Source: Convolutriloba macropyga
Lineage: Eukaryota
Length of the DNA: 64,000 nucleotides
Direction of reading: 5' to 3'
Assembly (NCBI RefSeq): GCF_964194025.1
Contig: NC_134470.1
Coordinates: 11,780,001-11,844,000 of the forward strand
Numbering within the stretch: the first letter of the stretch is position 1; every line of letters begins with the position of its first letter. Below are positions 27,201-38,811 of the stretch, one piece after another. The position numbers were made by a program, and so were the translations under genes. The notes under the pieces were generated by a model, which was not told the DNA's origin, searched no databases, and saw only the letters and a program-made list of their open reading frames with translations.

Positions 27201-30200
27201 TAAGATCAACGCTAAATTCAACCCTAATTTATATGAATTCAACGCTAAACTCAAAAATAAGTTATGTAATATTAACCTTTAAAAACGCAATAATATACAA
27301 TATTGTCAGTGAATCCATCGGATTTATATAGGATCTACGCTAAATCCAACGCAAAATTATTTAAGATCTGCGCTTAATTCAACGCAAAATTATGTAAGAT
27401 CAGAACTTAAACACTTAAAAACATGGACGAGTTGCGTTGAGTGCGATGAATTTATGTAACATCTAGGTTAACTTCATTGCAAAATTGGGTAAGATTTACG
27501 CTAAGATCAATGCAAAAATATGAAAGATCAACCTTTAATTCCACGTTAAAATATGTAGTATCTACCCTTAATTACGCAAACTTATTTAAAATTGGCGGTG
27601 ATTGCGTCAATTTTATGTAAAAACTTCGTTAAAATCAGCGCAAAATTATGCAAGATCAGCGCTGAATTCACCGCAGGCTTGTGTAAGACCTATGTTAAAT
27701 TCAACAAAGATGTTTGAGATCTACTCCAATTTCAACGCAAATTTTAACAGATATATGTACGATCTTCGCTTAAATCATCACGAACATATTATGATCAACG
27801 CGAAATTCAACGGAAAATTTGTTATATTCTAGGGTAAAATCTACGCATAATAATGTAAGATCAACGCTAAATTCAACCCTAATTTATATGAATTCAACGC
27901 TAAACTCAAAAATAAGTTATGTAATATTAACCTTTAAAAACGCAATAATATACAATATTGTCAGTGAATCCATCGGATTTATATAGGATCTACGCTAAAT
28001 CCAACGCAAAATTATTTAAGTTCTGCGCTTAATTCAACACAAAATTATGTAAGATCAGAGGTTAAAAACTTAAAAACATGCACGAGTGGCGTGGAGTGCG
28101 ATGAATTTATGTAACATCTAGGTTAATTTCATTGCAAAATTGGGTAAGATTTACGCTAAGATCAATGCAAAAATATGAAAGATCAACCTTTAGTTCCACG
28201 CTAAAATATGTAGTATCTACCCTTAATTACGCAAACTTATTTAAAAATGGCGGTGAATGCGTTAATTTTACGTAAAATTTTTGCTAAAATCAGCGCAAAA
28301 TTATGTAAGATCAGCGCTGAATTCACCGCAGTTTTGTGTAAGACCTATGCTTATTGCAACAAAGATATTTGAGATCTACTCCAATTTCAACGCAAATTTT
28401 AACAGATATAGGTACGATCTTCGCTAAAATCATCACGAACATATTATGATCAACGCAAAATTCAACGGAAGATTATATAAAATCTACGGTAAAATAGACG
28501 CATTATAATGTAAGATCAACGCTATATCAACCCTAATTTATATGAATTCAACGCTCAATTCACAAATAAGTTATGTAAGTTTGACCTTTAAAAACGCAAA
28601 AATATACAATATTGTCAGTGAATCCGTCGGATTTATATAGGATCTACGCTAAATCCAACACAGAATTATTTAAGATCTGCGCTTATTTCAACACAAAATT
28701 ATGTAAGATCAGAGGTTAAAAACTTAAAAACATGCAAGAGTGGCGTTGAGTGCGATGAATATATGTAAGATCTAGGTTAAATTCATTGCAAAATTGGGTA
28801 AGATTTACGCTAAGATAAGTGCAAAAATATGAAAGATAAACATTTAATTCCACGCTAAAATATGACGAATCTACCATTTATTACGCAAAACTATATAATA
28901 TTGGCGGTTAATGCGTAATTTTTATGTAACAACTACGTTAAATTCAGCACAAAGTTTTGTAAAACCAGCACCAAATTCAACGCAGACTTGTGTAAGACCC
29001 ACGCTAGTTTCAACAAGTATTTTTGAGATCTACACCAATTTCAACGCAAATTTTAACAGATATATGTACGATCTTCGCTAAAATCATCATGAACATATTA
29101 TGATCAACGCGAATTTCAAAGGAAAATTTTATATAATCTAGGGTAAAATCTACGCTTAATAATGTAAGATAAACGATAAATTCAACCCTAGTTTATATGA
29201 ATTTAACGCTAAACTCAAAAATAAGTTATGTAATATTAACCTTTAAAAACGCAATAATATACAATATTGTCAGTGAATCCATCGGATTTATATAGGATCT
29301 ACGCTAAACCCAACGCGAAATTATTTAAGATCTGCGCTTAATTCAACACAAAGTTATGTAAGATCAGAGGTTAAAAACTTAAAAACATGCACGAGTGGCG
29401 TGGAGTGCGATGAATTTATGTAACATCTAGGTTAATTTCATTGCAAAATTGGGTAAGATTTACGCTAAGATCAATGCAAAAATATGAAAGATCAACCTTT
29501 AATTCCACGCTAAAATATGTAGTATCTACCCTTAATTACGCAAACTTATTTAAAAATGGCGGTGAATGCGTTAATTTTACGTAAAATTTTCGTTAAAATC
29601 AGCGCAAAATTATGTAAGATCAGCGCTGAATTCACCGCTGTTTTGTGTAAGTTCCATGCTAATTTCAACAAAGATATTTGAGATCTACTCCAATTTCAAC
29701 ATAAATTTTAACAGATATAGGTACGATCTTCGCTAAAATCATCACGAACATATTTTGATCAACGCGAAATTCAACGGAAGATTATATAAAATCTACAGTA
29801 AAATAGACGCTTTATAATGTAAGATCAACGCTAAATCAACCCCAATTTATATGAATTCAACGCTAAATTCAAAAATAAGTTATGTAAGTTTGACATTTAA
29901 AAACGCAAAAATATGCAATATTGTCAGTGAATCCGTCGGATTTATATAGGATCTACGCTAAATCCAACGCAGAATTATTTAAGATCTGCGCGTATTTCAA
30001 CACAAAATTATGTAAGATCAGAGGTTAAAAAATTAAAAACATGCAAGAGTGGCGTTGAGTGCGATGAATTTATGTAAGATCTAGGTTAAATTCACTGCAA
30101 AATTGGGTAAGATTTACGCTAAGATCAGTGCAAAAATAAGAAAGATAAACATTTAATTCCACGCTAAAATATGACGAATCTACCATTAATTACGCAAAAC

Positions 30201-31513
30201 AATATAATATTGGCGGTTAATGCGTAAATTTTATAAAAGAACTACGTTAAATTCAGCGCAAAGTTTTGTAAAACCAGCACCAAATTCAACGCAGACTTGA
30301 GTAAGACCCACGCTAGTTTCAACAAGTTTTTTTGAGATCTACACCAATTTCAACGCAAATTTTAACAGATATATGTACGATCTTCGCTAAAATCATCATG
30401 AACATATTATGATCAACGCGAATTTCAATGGAAAATTTTATATAATCTAGGGTAAAATCTACGCATAATAATGTAACATCAACGGTAAATTCAACCCTTA
30501 TTTATATGAATTCAACGCTAAATTCAAAAATAAATTATGTAATATTAACCTTTGTAAACACAAAATTGTACAATATTGTCAGTGAATCCGTCGGATTTAT
30601 ATGGGATCTACGCTAAATCCAACGCAAAATTATTTAAGATCTGCGCTTAATTCAACACAAAATTATGTAAGATCAGAGGTTATAAACTTAAAAATATGCA
30701 AGAGTCGAGTTGAGTGCGATGAATTTATGTAAGATCTAGGTTAATTTCATTGCAAAATTGGGTAAGATTTACGCTAAGATCAATACAAAAATATGAATGA
30801 CCAACATTTAATTCCACGCTAAAATATGTAGAATCTACGCTTAATTACGCAAAACTATATAATATTGGCGGTGAATGCGTTAATTTTATGTAAGAACTTT
30901 GTTAAATTCAGCGCAAAGTTATGTAAAACCGGCACTAAATTCAACGCAGACTTTTGTAAGATTCACGCTAATTTCAACAAGTATTTTTGAGATCTACACA
31001 AATTTCAACGCAAATTTTAACAGATATATGTACGATCTTCGCTAAAATCATCATGAACATATTATGATCAACGCGAATTTCAAAGGAAAATTTTATATAA
31101 TCTAGGGTAAAATCTACGCTTAATAATGTAAGATAAACGATAAATTCAACCCTAGTTTATATGAATTTAACGCTAAACTCAAAAATAAGTTATGTAATAT
31201 TAACCTTTAAAAACGCAATAATATACAATATTGTCAGTGAATCCATCGGATTTATATAGGATCTACGCTAAACCCAACGCGAAATTATTTAAGATCTGCG
31301 CTTAATTCAACACAAAGTTATGTAAGATCAGAGGTTAAAAACTTAAAAACATGCACGAGTGGCGTGGAGTGCGATGAATTTATGTAACATCTAGGTTAAT
31401 TTCATTGCAAAATTGGGTAAGATTTACGCTAAGATCAATGCAAAAATATGAAAGATCAACCTTTAGTTCCACGCTAAAATATGTAGTATCTACCCTTAAT
31501 TACGCAAACTTAT
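21300..31513 (+). repeat. Homogenised higher-order repeat array, ~655-bp unit, ~15.5 copies
   Basis: Marker GATATA(T/G)GTACGAT at 21801, 22455, 23099, 23754, 24408, 25097, 25752, 26440, 27095, 27750, 28405, 29059, 29714, 30368 and 31023. Confidence 0.95.
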
Positions 31514-31527
31514 CCTTAGGTATCACA
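31511..31527 (-). repeat. 17-bp remnant of the 3' LTR
   Basis: TATCCTTAGGTATCACA is identical to 37110-37126. On the minus strand it is directly preceded by the PPT-like GTGAGGGGTA (31528-31537). Confidence 0.85.
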
Positions 31528-31733
31528 TACCCCTCACATCGACAGAAAAAATTGTTATAAGACAATTTTCGAATGTATAAATAATAACAATATTTACAAA
31601 TTAATACTTGGTCCGCGGTTAAATAAATATTAACAATATATTTACTGGTAATCATAGCTAAAAATAAATACTATTAAATTATGAAATGTTTCAATTGTTA
31701 CAGTTTGAAGAAATTCAGTATCAATTGTCCCAT

Positions 31734-32770
31734 TCACAATTGTCCCGAATTGTGTCCTTCTGCCTCGAATGCCATCATGAACCGAGCTATGGTTGGGGTG
31801 TCCGTTTCGAGTAGAGAAGGATTTCGCGAGGCGTGTGGTGAAACGTCTCCAATTTGTGGCGAGATATTGGTCTCTTCAGGCTGATTTTCCGCGATGTGTT
31901 GAACCGACTCTACTTTAGACTCGGGTGGGGTTTGGAAATTCTCCACGTTACCCGCTCGTCGGGGTCGTTTTGGTGGTGGCAAAATTGTGGAGTCTGGAGA
32001 TGGGCTTTCAAATCCGTAATACGAGGGACTTCGCCGATTGCGATCCAACGATCTCTTTGGTCGGGCCACTGTGGCAGGTGTATTCGTGGAAGAGGTTGTT
32101 GGTTTCTCGCTATGCGAAGCTGTGCCGGCGTCTGGTTGTTGATCTCGGATAGCAAGAAAGTTGGGAACTTTGGGGATTCGTCCTCGCATTGCGCGTGAGA
32201 TGTTAGATTTTGATGAAGATACCCCGCTGCCGGGGTCACGTTTTCGGTGCTTCATCTTCTTTTCCCCTTTTTGTTTTCTTGTGATCTCTTTCACGTGGCT
32301 TTGGATGAGTTCTTCGACTAATTTTTCGCCCCCTGCGGTCCGCATCGTGGTCCACTGCGGTCCGCATCCGCTTTTAATTGAGTTCGCCGCTGCAGTTGTG
32401 TTCCAAATTTTGCAATTTCACTATTGCGTACCGTGACTATGGGTTTGCAGGGTTCCTTAATCGTTGAAGTCGTCGGGCTAACCTTCAGAATGTGTGAGCC
32501 TGGCGCGAGTACTTCTTAAAGCCCCTCCAAATTGTTCTTCGATTTTCTTTTCCCATGAATTTTCCGGGCTAGATTGAGCTCTACTGCACGTTCTTTGAGG
32601 GGAATTGGGCGAATTGCCTTGGTTTGTAAGAATCGTGACTCGCCGTCCCTGCTGGCCCTTTCTCGTTCCTTTGCATCGTGCGTTGCCCGTGACATCTCAA
32701 CTTCAACTTCGATGTCACTGCGGTACCCGTTCACCCACTTGACGTCTGAAAGTACTTCTTCAGGCAACAT
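31734..32770 (-). pseudogene. Fragmented C-terminal extension of Pol (basic, S/P-rich; ORFs 32516-32770 and 31734-32345)
   Basis: Lies between integrase and the PPT on the same strand and is GC-richer than the flanks. No recognisable domain. Confidence 0.55.
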
Positions 32771-32839
32771 TGTGTCTTCATCTAAACAGTGGTTTACAAT
32801 GTTTTCATATGTGAGATTTGACAGTTTAAGGTTTTGTTG

Positions 32840-33728
32840 ATATCACGCTTAGCGGGGTATTAGGTTTTCTTCCAAAATGTGCTTCGAAGGGCGAGATCTT
32901 TGTTGTTCTTTGTTTTCATATTCGCAATTGGTGTATTATTATCTTTAATGCGTGCTTTATATGAAAGGCGTTAATAGACAATTTTTCTACTTAAATACAT
33001 GCGAGTCTATTCTTAATTGTTTGGATAAGTCTTTCTACCAGTCCAATAGCACGATGATTGTTCACAGGAGCTTCATTTATATCGATATTATTTTTTTTAC
33101 AAAATGTCTTTACTTGGTTGCCAACTAGACACTTTGCTTGATCTAGACGTGGAATAGATCGTGGAATTTCGTGGTTATCAATACACATGTCCAAAAACTT
33201 TAGAACGTTTGGTCCGTTAGCCTTGTCATAAATACGTGAAGTAGGGTATTTAGAAAAACGGTCAAGTGCTGCTAGAAAGTAAACTTCGTTACCTTTTTCA
33301 TCAAAAATTGGACCTGCAAAATCAATTTGAATTTCTTGATTTGGTTCAACACACGGTATGTGGGGATTAAATTGCTTAGCCGGAATAACAGATTTAAGGT
33401 TTTTACCAATCACCGTGCAGGGCTTGCACTCCGTAGCTTTCAAAATGAGCTCGCGATTCACGTATGGCCACCAGCAATGCGTGGCCATACATATCATTCC
33501 CCATGTACCCGGGTGGCTGGAGTGTATGTCATCGATCATCGCCTCTCGCAGTACGTTTGGTATAGCAACTTTTTTGTGTATACAAACACACCCGGAACGT
33601 AAATGGAGGTCCCTCTTATAGGAGTGTATGTAAGGGTTTAAGGCTTTGAGGCGACTCTCGTTGTTTGTCAGGATACAATCCCGGACCTCTTTCAAAACTG
33701 CATCCTTGCTAGTTAGTGATACAATCAA
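32840..33728 (-). pseudogene. pol: Gypsy integrase (HHCC zinc finger + DDE core)
   Basis: HSSHPG…HCWWP…CKPC, QIDFAGP, LAALDRFSKYP and IGLVERLIQTIK. After a disruption it continues as …KISPFEAHFGRKPNTPL. Confidence 0.92.
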
Positions 33729-34309
33729 TGACTTGTTGAAGATTTTTGATACAATTATTCAAATTTTGGAACATGTGGGCTGGGTGTGAGAGGGGTACTT
33801 TCGTTAGACGAGTGAGCCAGAGATGTCGGTGTTGATATTGGTGGGGACCTTGCTGCACGAGTGTCGTTTGAAGGTTCGTTGCGTTGATTTGCGGCGCAGC
33901 AATCAGTTGGCGATTTAGATCGCTGACTTGTGGGGCGAGTTGTGTTTTGGCTGGAGGACGGTTGATTCCCCGTGCGAGATGCATCGTTAAAGCGAACGCG
34001 AGTGATACGCTTTTTAGAAGGCATTATGTTACTGATTTTGTTTATATAATTTATTTCTGACGATGATTTAGGTGAATTTTGAGTTTGTTGCATTGAAACA
34101 ACCCGACTGAATTGTAGAATGATTAGAGGCAAAAAGCACTGATTTTATTTTTGGGTGGTGATTTTTACAGTTTGCGTGGTGATATGTCTCCTAATTGGCG
34201 GGATTTTAGATTGAATAATTTGAGGCTCGCGCGGAGCGAGAGCTAATCAATTCCAAATTTGGAATGATTGTTTTCTCTTTCTTGTACTTTGCTGTGCGAG
34301 AGAAGTTAT

Positions 34310-34810
34310 TTAAGTTAAGTGGATTTTGCGACTGGGACCTACATATTTTAAATTGTTTAATTTACTATTATACTTTGAGGCTAGCTTTCGCTGAGCAAGG
34401 GAATCATAATAAACATGTTTGCATACTTGTGCCGCATGTGTGCTAATTAAGTTTATTGCCTTATTATGAGCCTCAATTTTAATTTTGATCTGCGATGCGG
34501 GATTGTGTGTCTCAATTTTAGGTGTGATTCGTAATGCGGGATTGTGTTTTAGTAACAACTGGTAAAAATGAGATGCAGATTTTGTGTTATTTATTTCTAT
34601 TGCATTGATAGATGTAGAAATTAACTTTAACTTTGCTACAATGAATTCCTCATCATATGCTGAGACCTTTTTAGCTTTTTGAGACGGGTCTCTAGAAATG
34701 TAGTCAACCAAACCCATTTTCGCCCCGGGAAGATATTCAATATCAAATTGAAATGGAAGTAAACGATCAACCCAGGAGGTCAATCTGCTGTTATAAGATT
34801 TGTTGAGCAC
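34310..34810 (-). pseudogene. pol: RNase H C-terminal part plus linker
   Basis: SRLTSWVDRLLPFQFDIEYLPGAKMGLVDYISR matches the Gypsy RH terminal motif (R..RW…L..F.F.I.Y.PG…AD.LSR). Confidence 0.85.
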
Positions 34811-35078
34811 TTATTTGTTGAGATATGGATTCGATTAGCGTATCAATGCCTGGCATCTCATATTTGTTCTTGTTAATGGCTTTATTTAATACTTTTGAAT
34901 CCAGTTCAAGCTTGATCGTTTGATCTTTCTTTACACTGACCACTATTAATGATATAAAATGTTTATCGGTACAGCTTGAAAGTTTTATGATATGTTTTTT
35001 GTCCAGCAATTTTTTAAGTTCAATATTAACTTTTTCTTGTAAATTATTTGGAATACGTCTACCTTTTTGATGTCTAGG
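34791..35078 (-). pseudogene. pol: Reverse transcriptase N-terminal fragment (catalytic core deleted)
   Basis: ISLIVVSVKKDQTIKLELDSKVLNKAINKNKYEMPGIDTLI corresponds to the SP.V.V.KKD…D…LN…..Y.MP.ID motif. No YxDD follows. Confidence 0.85.
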
Positions 35079-35726
35079 TTAGAAATCTTCCTGCAACTTA
35101 GATCTTGCCACACGATTTTTTGATCTTCCAATACGCGAAATCAATTCAGGAAAAGTTTTTCGGATTTGTGCTTTGATTTCTGGAGATGAAACATTGTTGA
35201 CCCGATTACCTTTTTGAGATGTAGATTGAGTTACTGCTAGTCCAAGTTTGTCAAACAAGTCAAGGCCAATTAGGGACTTTAGGTTGTCAGCTACAACTGT
35301 GAATGTCGCTACCTCACAAGTCCAACCCTTGCTCGTTATTGGTGATTGTATCTTTCCATCGACCTGAATTGGTTCATTCGAGAATGTCCGAAGTTGTAGA
35401 GACACCGTTTTGTTGATCCAGAACGCGCGAGGACTGCTTTGTACCACTTGCGATGCCATTGAACGATTGAAAATGCTGCATGCGCTCCCGGAGACCACGA
35501 GTAGAGAAGTGGTAATATTGCCAATCTTGACGGGCATGTTGAGGGGTTCTACTTTCTCTACCGAGTTTTCGATCACGGCGACCGTATTATCGTCTCCACA
35601 TCTGTAATCTGATTCGTAGAGCTTGGCTGGTTGTAGGAAGTTCACTGAGTCCTCAGGATGCGGTACTTCTTCCACGACGCTCACCATCTTTTTCTTTGAA
35701 TTTTGTGGCTTTGCATTCACATTCAT
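35079..35726 (-). pseudogene. pol: Retropepsin-like aspartic protease region
   Basis: LLVVSGSACS (catalytic DSG apparently changed to VSG) and SLIGLDLFDKLGL. Confidence 0.8.
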
Positions 35727-36728
35727 TTATTTTCTGCAGACTTTCCCAAAATGATTTAGAAGTCCACAATTGTTACAAATTTTGCCTTATGGGATGCATT
35801 TTTCGCGGTGATTCGGGAGCCAAATTCCTCCGCAATTTGAGCAGTAGAGTGTAGAACGGTTTTTTTGTCTCGAGGCGTTATTTGTATTTTGCCAATACGG
35901 GGTTCGAGAATTGTTGGTGATTTGGACCGCGTTGACGTTTGCTGGAACAACAATTTTGTTGTGCTGCTGAATTTGATGTTGGTTTCGCATCCCCAGTTCC
36001 ATGTTGATTGCTAGCTCTAATGCCTGACGCGGTTCGACAGTTTGTTTAAGGAGCTCCTTTTGAATTTCGGATCAATCAGATTAGTGATGAAGACTTCGCG
36101 TATCAGTGTTTCTTCCTTGTTCTCGAAATTGCAATTTTCCGCTGAATCCTTTAATTTCCCATAGAAATGTTCGACCGTTTCTCCCCTAAGCTGTTTCGTA
36201 ATCAAGAAGAAATGACGATCGAACGTTATGTTGCGGGGTCGGATAAATGCCTCTTCCACCACGATCTTCCAGAAGTCTACCGTAGTGAGAGTATCGATCA
36301 TGATGTGCGGGTTCTTGCAATTGAGAAGGCGGTGACCTTCTATCCCGATGCTTAGGTAGAGTAGGGATACAGTTTTGCGGTCCGCCAGTGGCCACGGTTT
36401 GTCACCACACATGATACCCACTTCGATTAGCCGTTGGCATTTGTTTTGCCAGTTCATCTTCTGTTGCGCGTTGCGAGCGTTCCTCTCTCTCTCTCTCCGA
36501 TTGTGCGGAAGCCCCAACTATTGTTTCTTCATTTATTGGCTCAAGGGGAAGTTCCACCATCTCGGGTTTGGGTCCAAGCAGCGTATCGAGAACAATATTC
36601 TCTTTTGCCAACAGTGCCAATTTATATTGCACTCTCCATTTCTCCCTCAGAAGCGGAGGATCGGTTGTAGGTTTGTCCCAGAAAGGGTCGATTCCGAGGG
36701 GTGTTCTTTTAGTTGCTGACTGCGCCAT
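35727..36728 (-). pseudogene. gag: Gag, frameshifted
   Basis: MAQSATKR…, then DRHFFLITKQLRGETVEHFYGKLKDSAENCNF (major-homology-like). Knuckles CSNCGGIWLPNHREKC and CNNCGLLNHFGKVC. Confidence 0.85.
36714..36727 (-). promoter_or_regulatory. Primer-binding site (TGGCGCAGTCAGCA; tRNA-Ser-like)
   Basis: TGG directly follows the LTR-terminal ACA. It resembles the complement of tRNA-Ser 3' ends; the tRNA identity is from memory and unverified. Confidence 0.7.
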
Positions 36729-37126
36729 GTCGTACTCTGTTTACTTAGAGTAGCTATTTCCGGTGCGGGTACACTTCAAAATACTTAACTCGTGATTCGC
36801 GAAGCGGAATCCTGATTTGAGTTTCTACTGCTTACTCGCGGAGCGGGATTTACAAAAAGAATTGTTAAGCTGATTTTGAATTGCAAAGTTAGGAGAATGA
36901 AAAGAAATGAATTGAAGTGCTTGTAAGCAAAACGTGAATGCGTGATCAGACATGACTGATCACGAGGCGGGAAACCAAGAAGGAAATCATTCACAGATCA
37001 CAAGACGCAAACTGAATAAATATGAACAGGATTATCAAGGGCAAATAAAAAGAACTACTTCACAACATCATATAAAATATACTGCATCGAGTAAAATAAT
37101 AAACAATGATATCCTTAGGTATCACA
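36728..37126 (-). repeat. 5' LTR (~399 bp, TGT…ACA)
   Basis: Begins TGTGATACC (matching the 3' stub) and ends GACA before the PBS. Satellite resumes at 37127. Confidence 0.85.
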
Positions 37127-38811
37127 CTAAGATTTACGTTGAATTCAGCGAAGAACTATCTAAATTCAGCGCTAAATGCAATGCAAAAGATTTTAAGATC
37201 AGTGAGTAAAAAAATTATGATAGGTCGGCGGTCAATGCGTTGATTTTAGGTAAGATCTACGCTAGTTTCAGCGCAAAATTGTGTAAGATCTATGACCAAT
37301 TCAACGCAAAATTATGTAAGATCAGCGCTTAAAAACGTAAAATCATGTCAGCTTGGCAGTAAAAGCGTTGAATTTATGTAAGATCTACGCTAATTTTGGA
37401 GCAAAATTATGTGCGATCTACGAATATTTTAATTAAGATCAGTGGGTAAAAAAAATTATGTTAGGTTGGCGGTGAATGCGTTGAATTTTTGTAAGATCTA
37501 CGTTAATTTCAGCGCAAAGTTATCTACCCCTAAAACTGCAAAAATGTTTAATATTTGAGGTAAATTCGTTGACTTTGGGTAAGATCTACGTTGATTTCAA
37601 GGCAAAACTATAAAAAAACAACTCTAATTTATGTAAGATCTACTCATAAAAACGGAAAAATTTTAAATGTTGTCGCTGAGTAAAATGAATTTGAAGTAAA
37701 ATGAAGATTTACGTTGAATTCAGCGAAGAACTATGTAAGATCAGCGCTAAATTTAAAGCAAATTTATGTAAGATCTTTCCTAAGTTCAACAAATCCTTTT
37801 AAGATCTACTCCAAACTAAAGGCAATTTTTTGTAAGATCAACACTTAAATGAACACAAAATATTGTTAGATCTTTGCTAATTTCAAAACAAAAACATTTA
37901 TATATGATCAACGCTAAATTCAACGCAAAAATTTATAAAGTCAACGCTAAATTCAACGCTAAGTTAAACTCTATGTAAGATCAACGCTAAAGTCAACGCA
38001 ACTTTATGTAAGATCTACCCTTAGTTCAACAAAGTTTTTTAAGATCTACTCCAAATTCATCACAAATTTTTGTATGATCAAAAATTAATGAACACAAAAT
38101 AATGTAAGACCTACGCAATAATCACAACAAAGTATAAATGATCACCGCTAATTTCAACGCAAAACTAAAGAAAATCAACGTTATGTTAAAAATAATTTGA
38201 AGGCTATGTAAGATCTACGCAAAAATCAAGGCTAAATTATGTGAGACCTACTCTTAAAAACGCAAATATGTATAAAATTGTCGTAAATCTATTAAATTTA
38301 TGTAAGACCTACGCTAAATTCAATACAAAATTAATGAAGATCAGTAGTTAAGATGTACTTATGTAAGTTTGGCAAATTTATGCAAATTTATGTAAGTTTG
38401 GCGGTGATTGTGTTGAATTTATGTATAATATACTTTAATTTGAGCATTCAGTCATTTAAGATCTGCCTTAAATTGAACGCACATTTATATAAAAATTACA
38501 AAAAATTCAATAAAGTTATTTAATTTCTATTCTAAATTGAATGCAAATTTTTGTAAGATCAAAGCTGAACTTAACACAAAGTTATGTAAGATCTGCACTT
38601 AGAAACGCAAAATTATGTCAATTTGGCATTGATTGCGGTAAATTTATGTAAGAGGGGGCACAAACGGAAAGGATCCTACTCCCAATTGACTATTCATTGG
38701 CGTTGAGAATTCAAAAGTTGTGATCAGTGTCTCAGACAGTTCACTAATATCATCAAATTACTTGAATTTTTAATCCAAGAGAAATGCAAAGAACAACCCC
38801 AGTTATTGCAC

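Larger units (their letters stand above)
31511..37126 (-). mobile_element. Decayed Ty3/Gypsy LTR retrotransposon (Mag-like), 3' LTR truncated
   Basis: Order is 5'LTR-PBS-gag (two Cys/His knuckles)-PR-RT-RH-IN-PPT-LTR stub, i.e. the Gypsy domain order, with many frameshifts and stops. Confidence 0.93.

Noticed and set aside
21300-31513. Regular repeats as a possible CRISPR array
   Set aside because: Whole units repeat with no unique spacers, there are no cas genes, and the context is eukaryotic.
31734-32345. 203-aa ORF as an env or chromodomain gene
   Set aside because: No signal peptide, transmembrane segment or aromatic-cage motif; hydrophilic low complexity.
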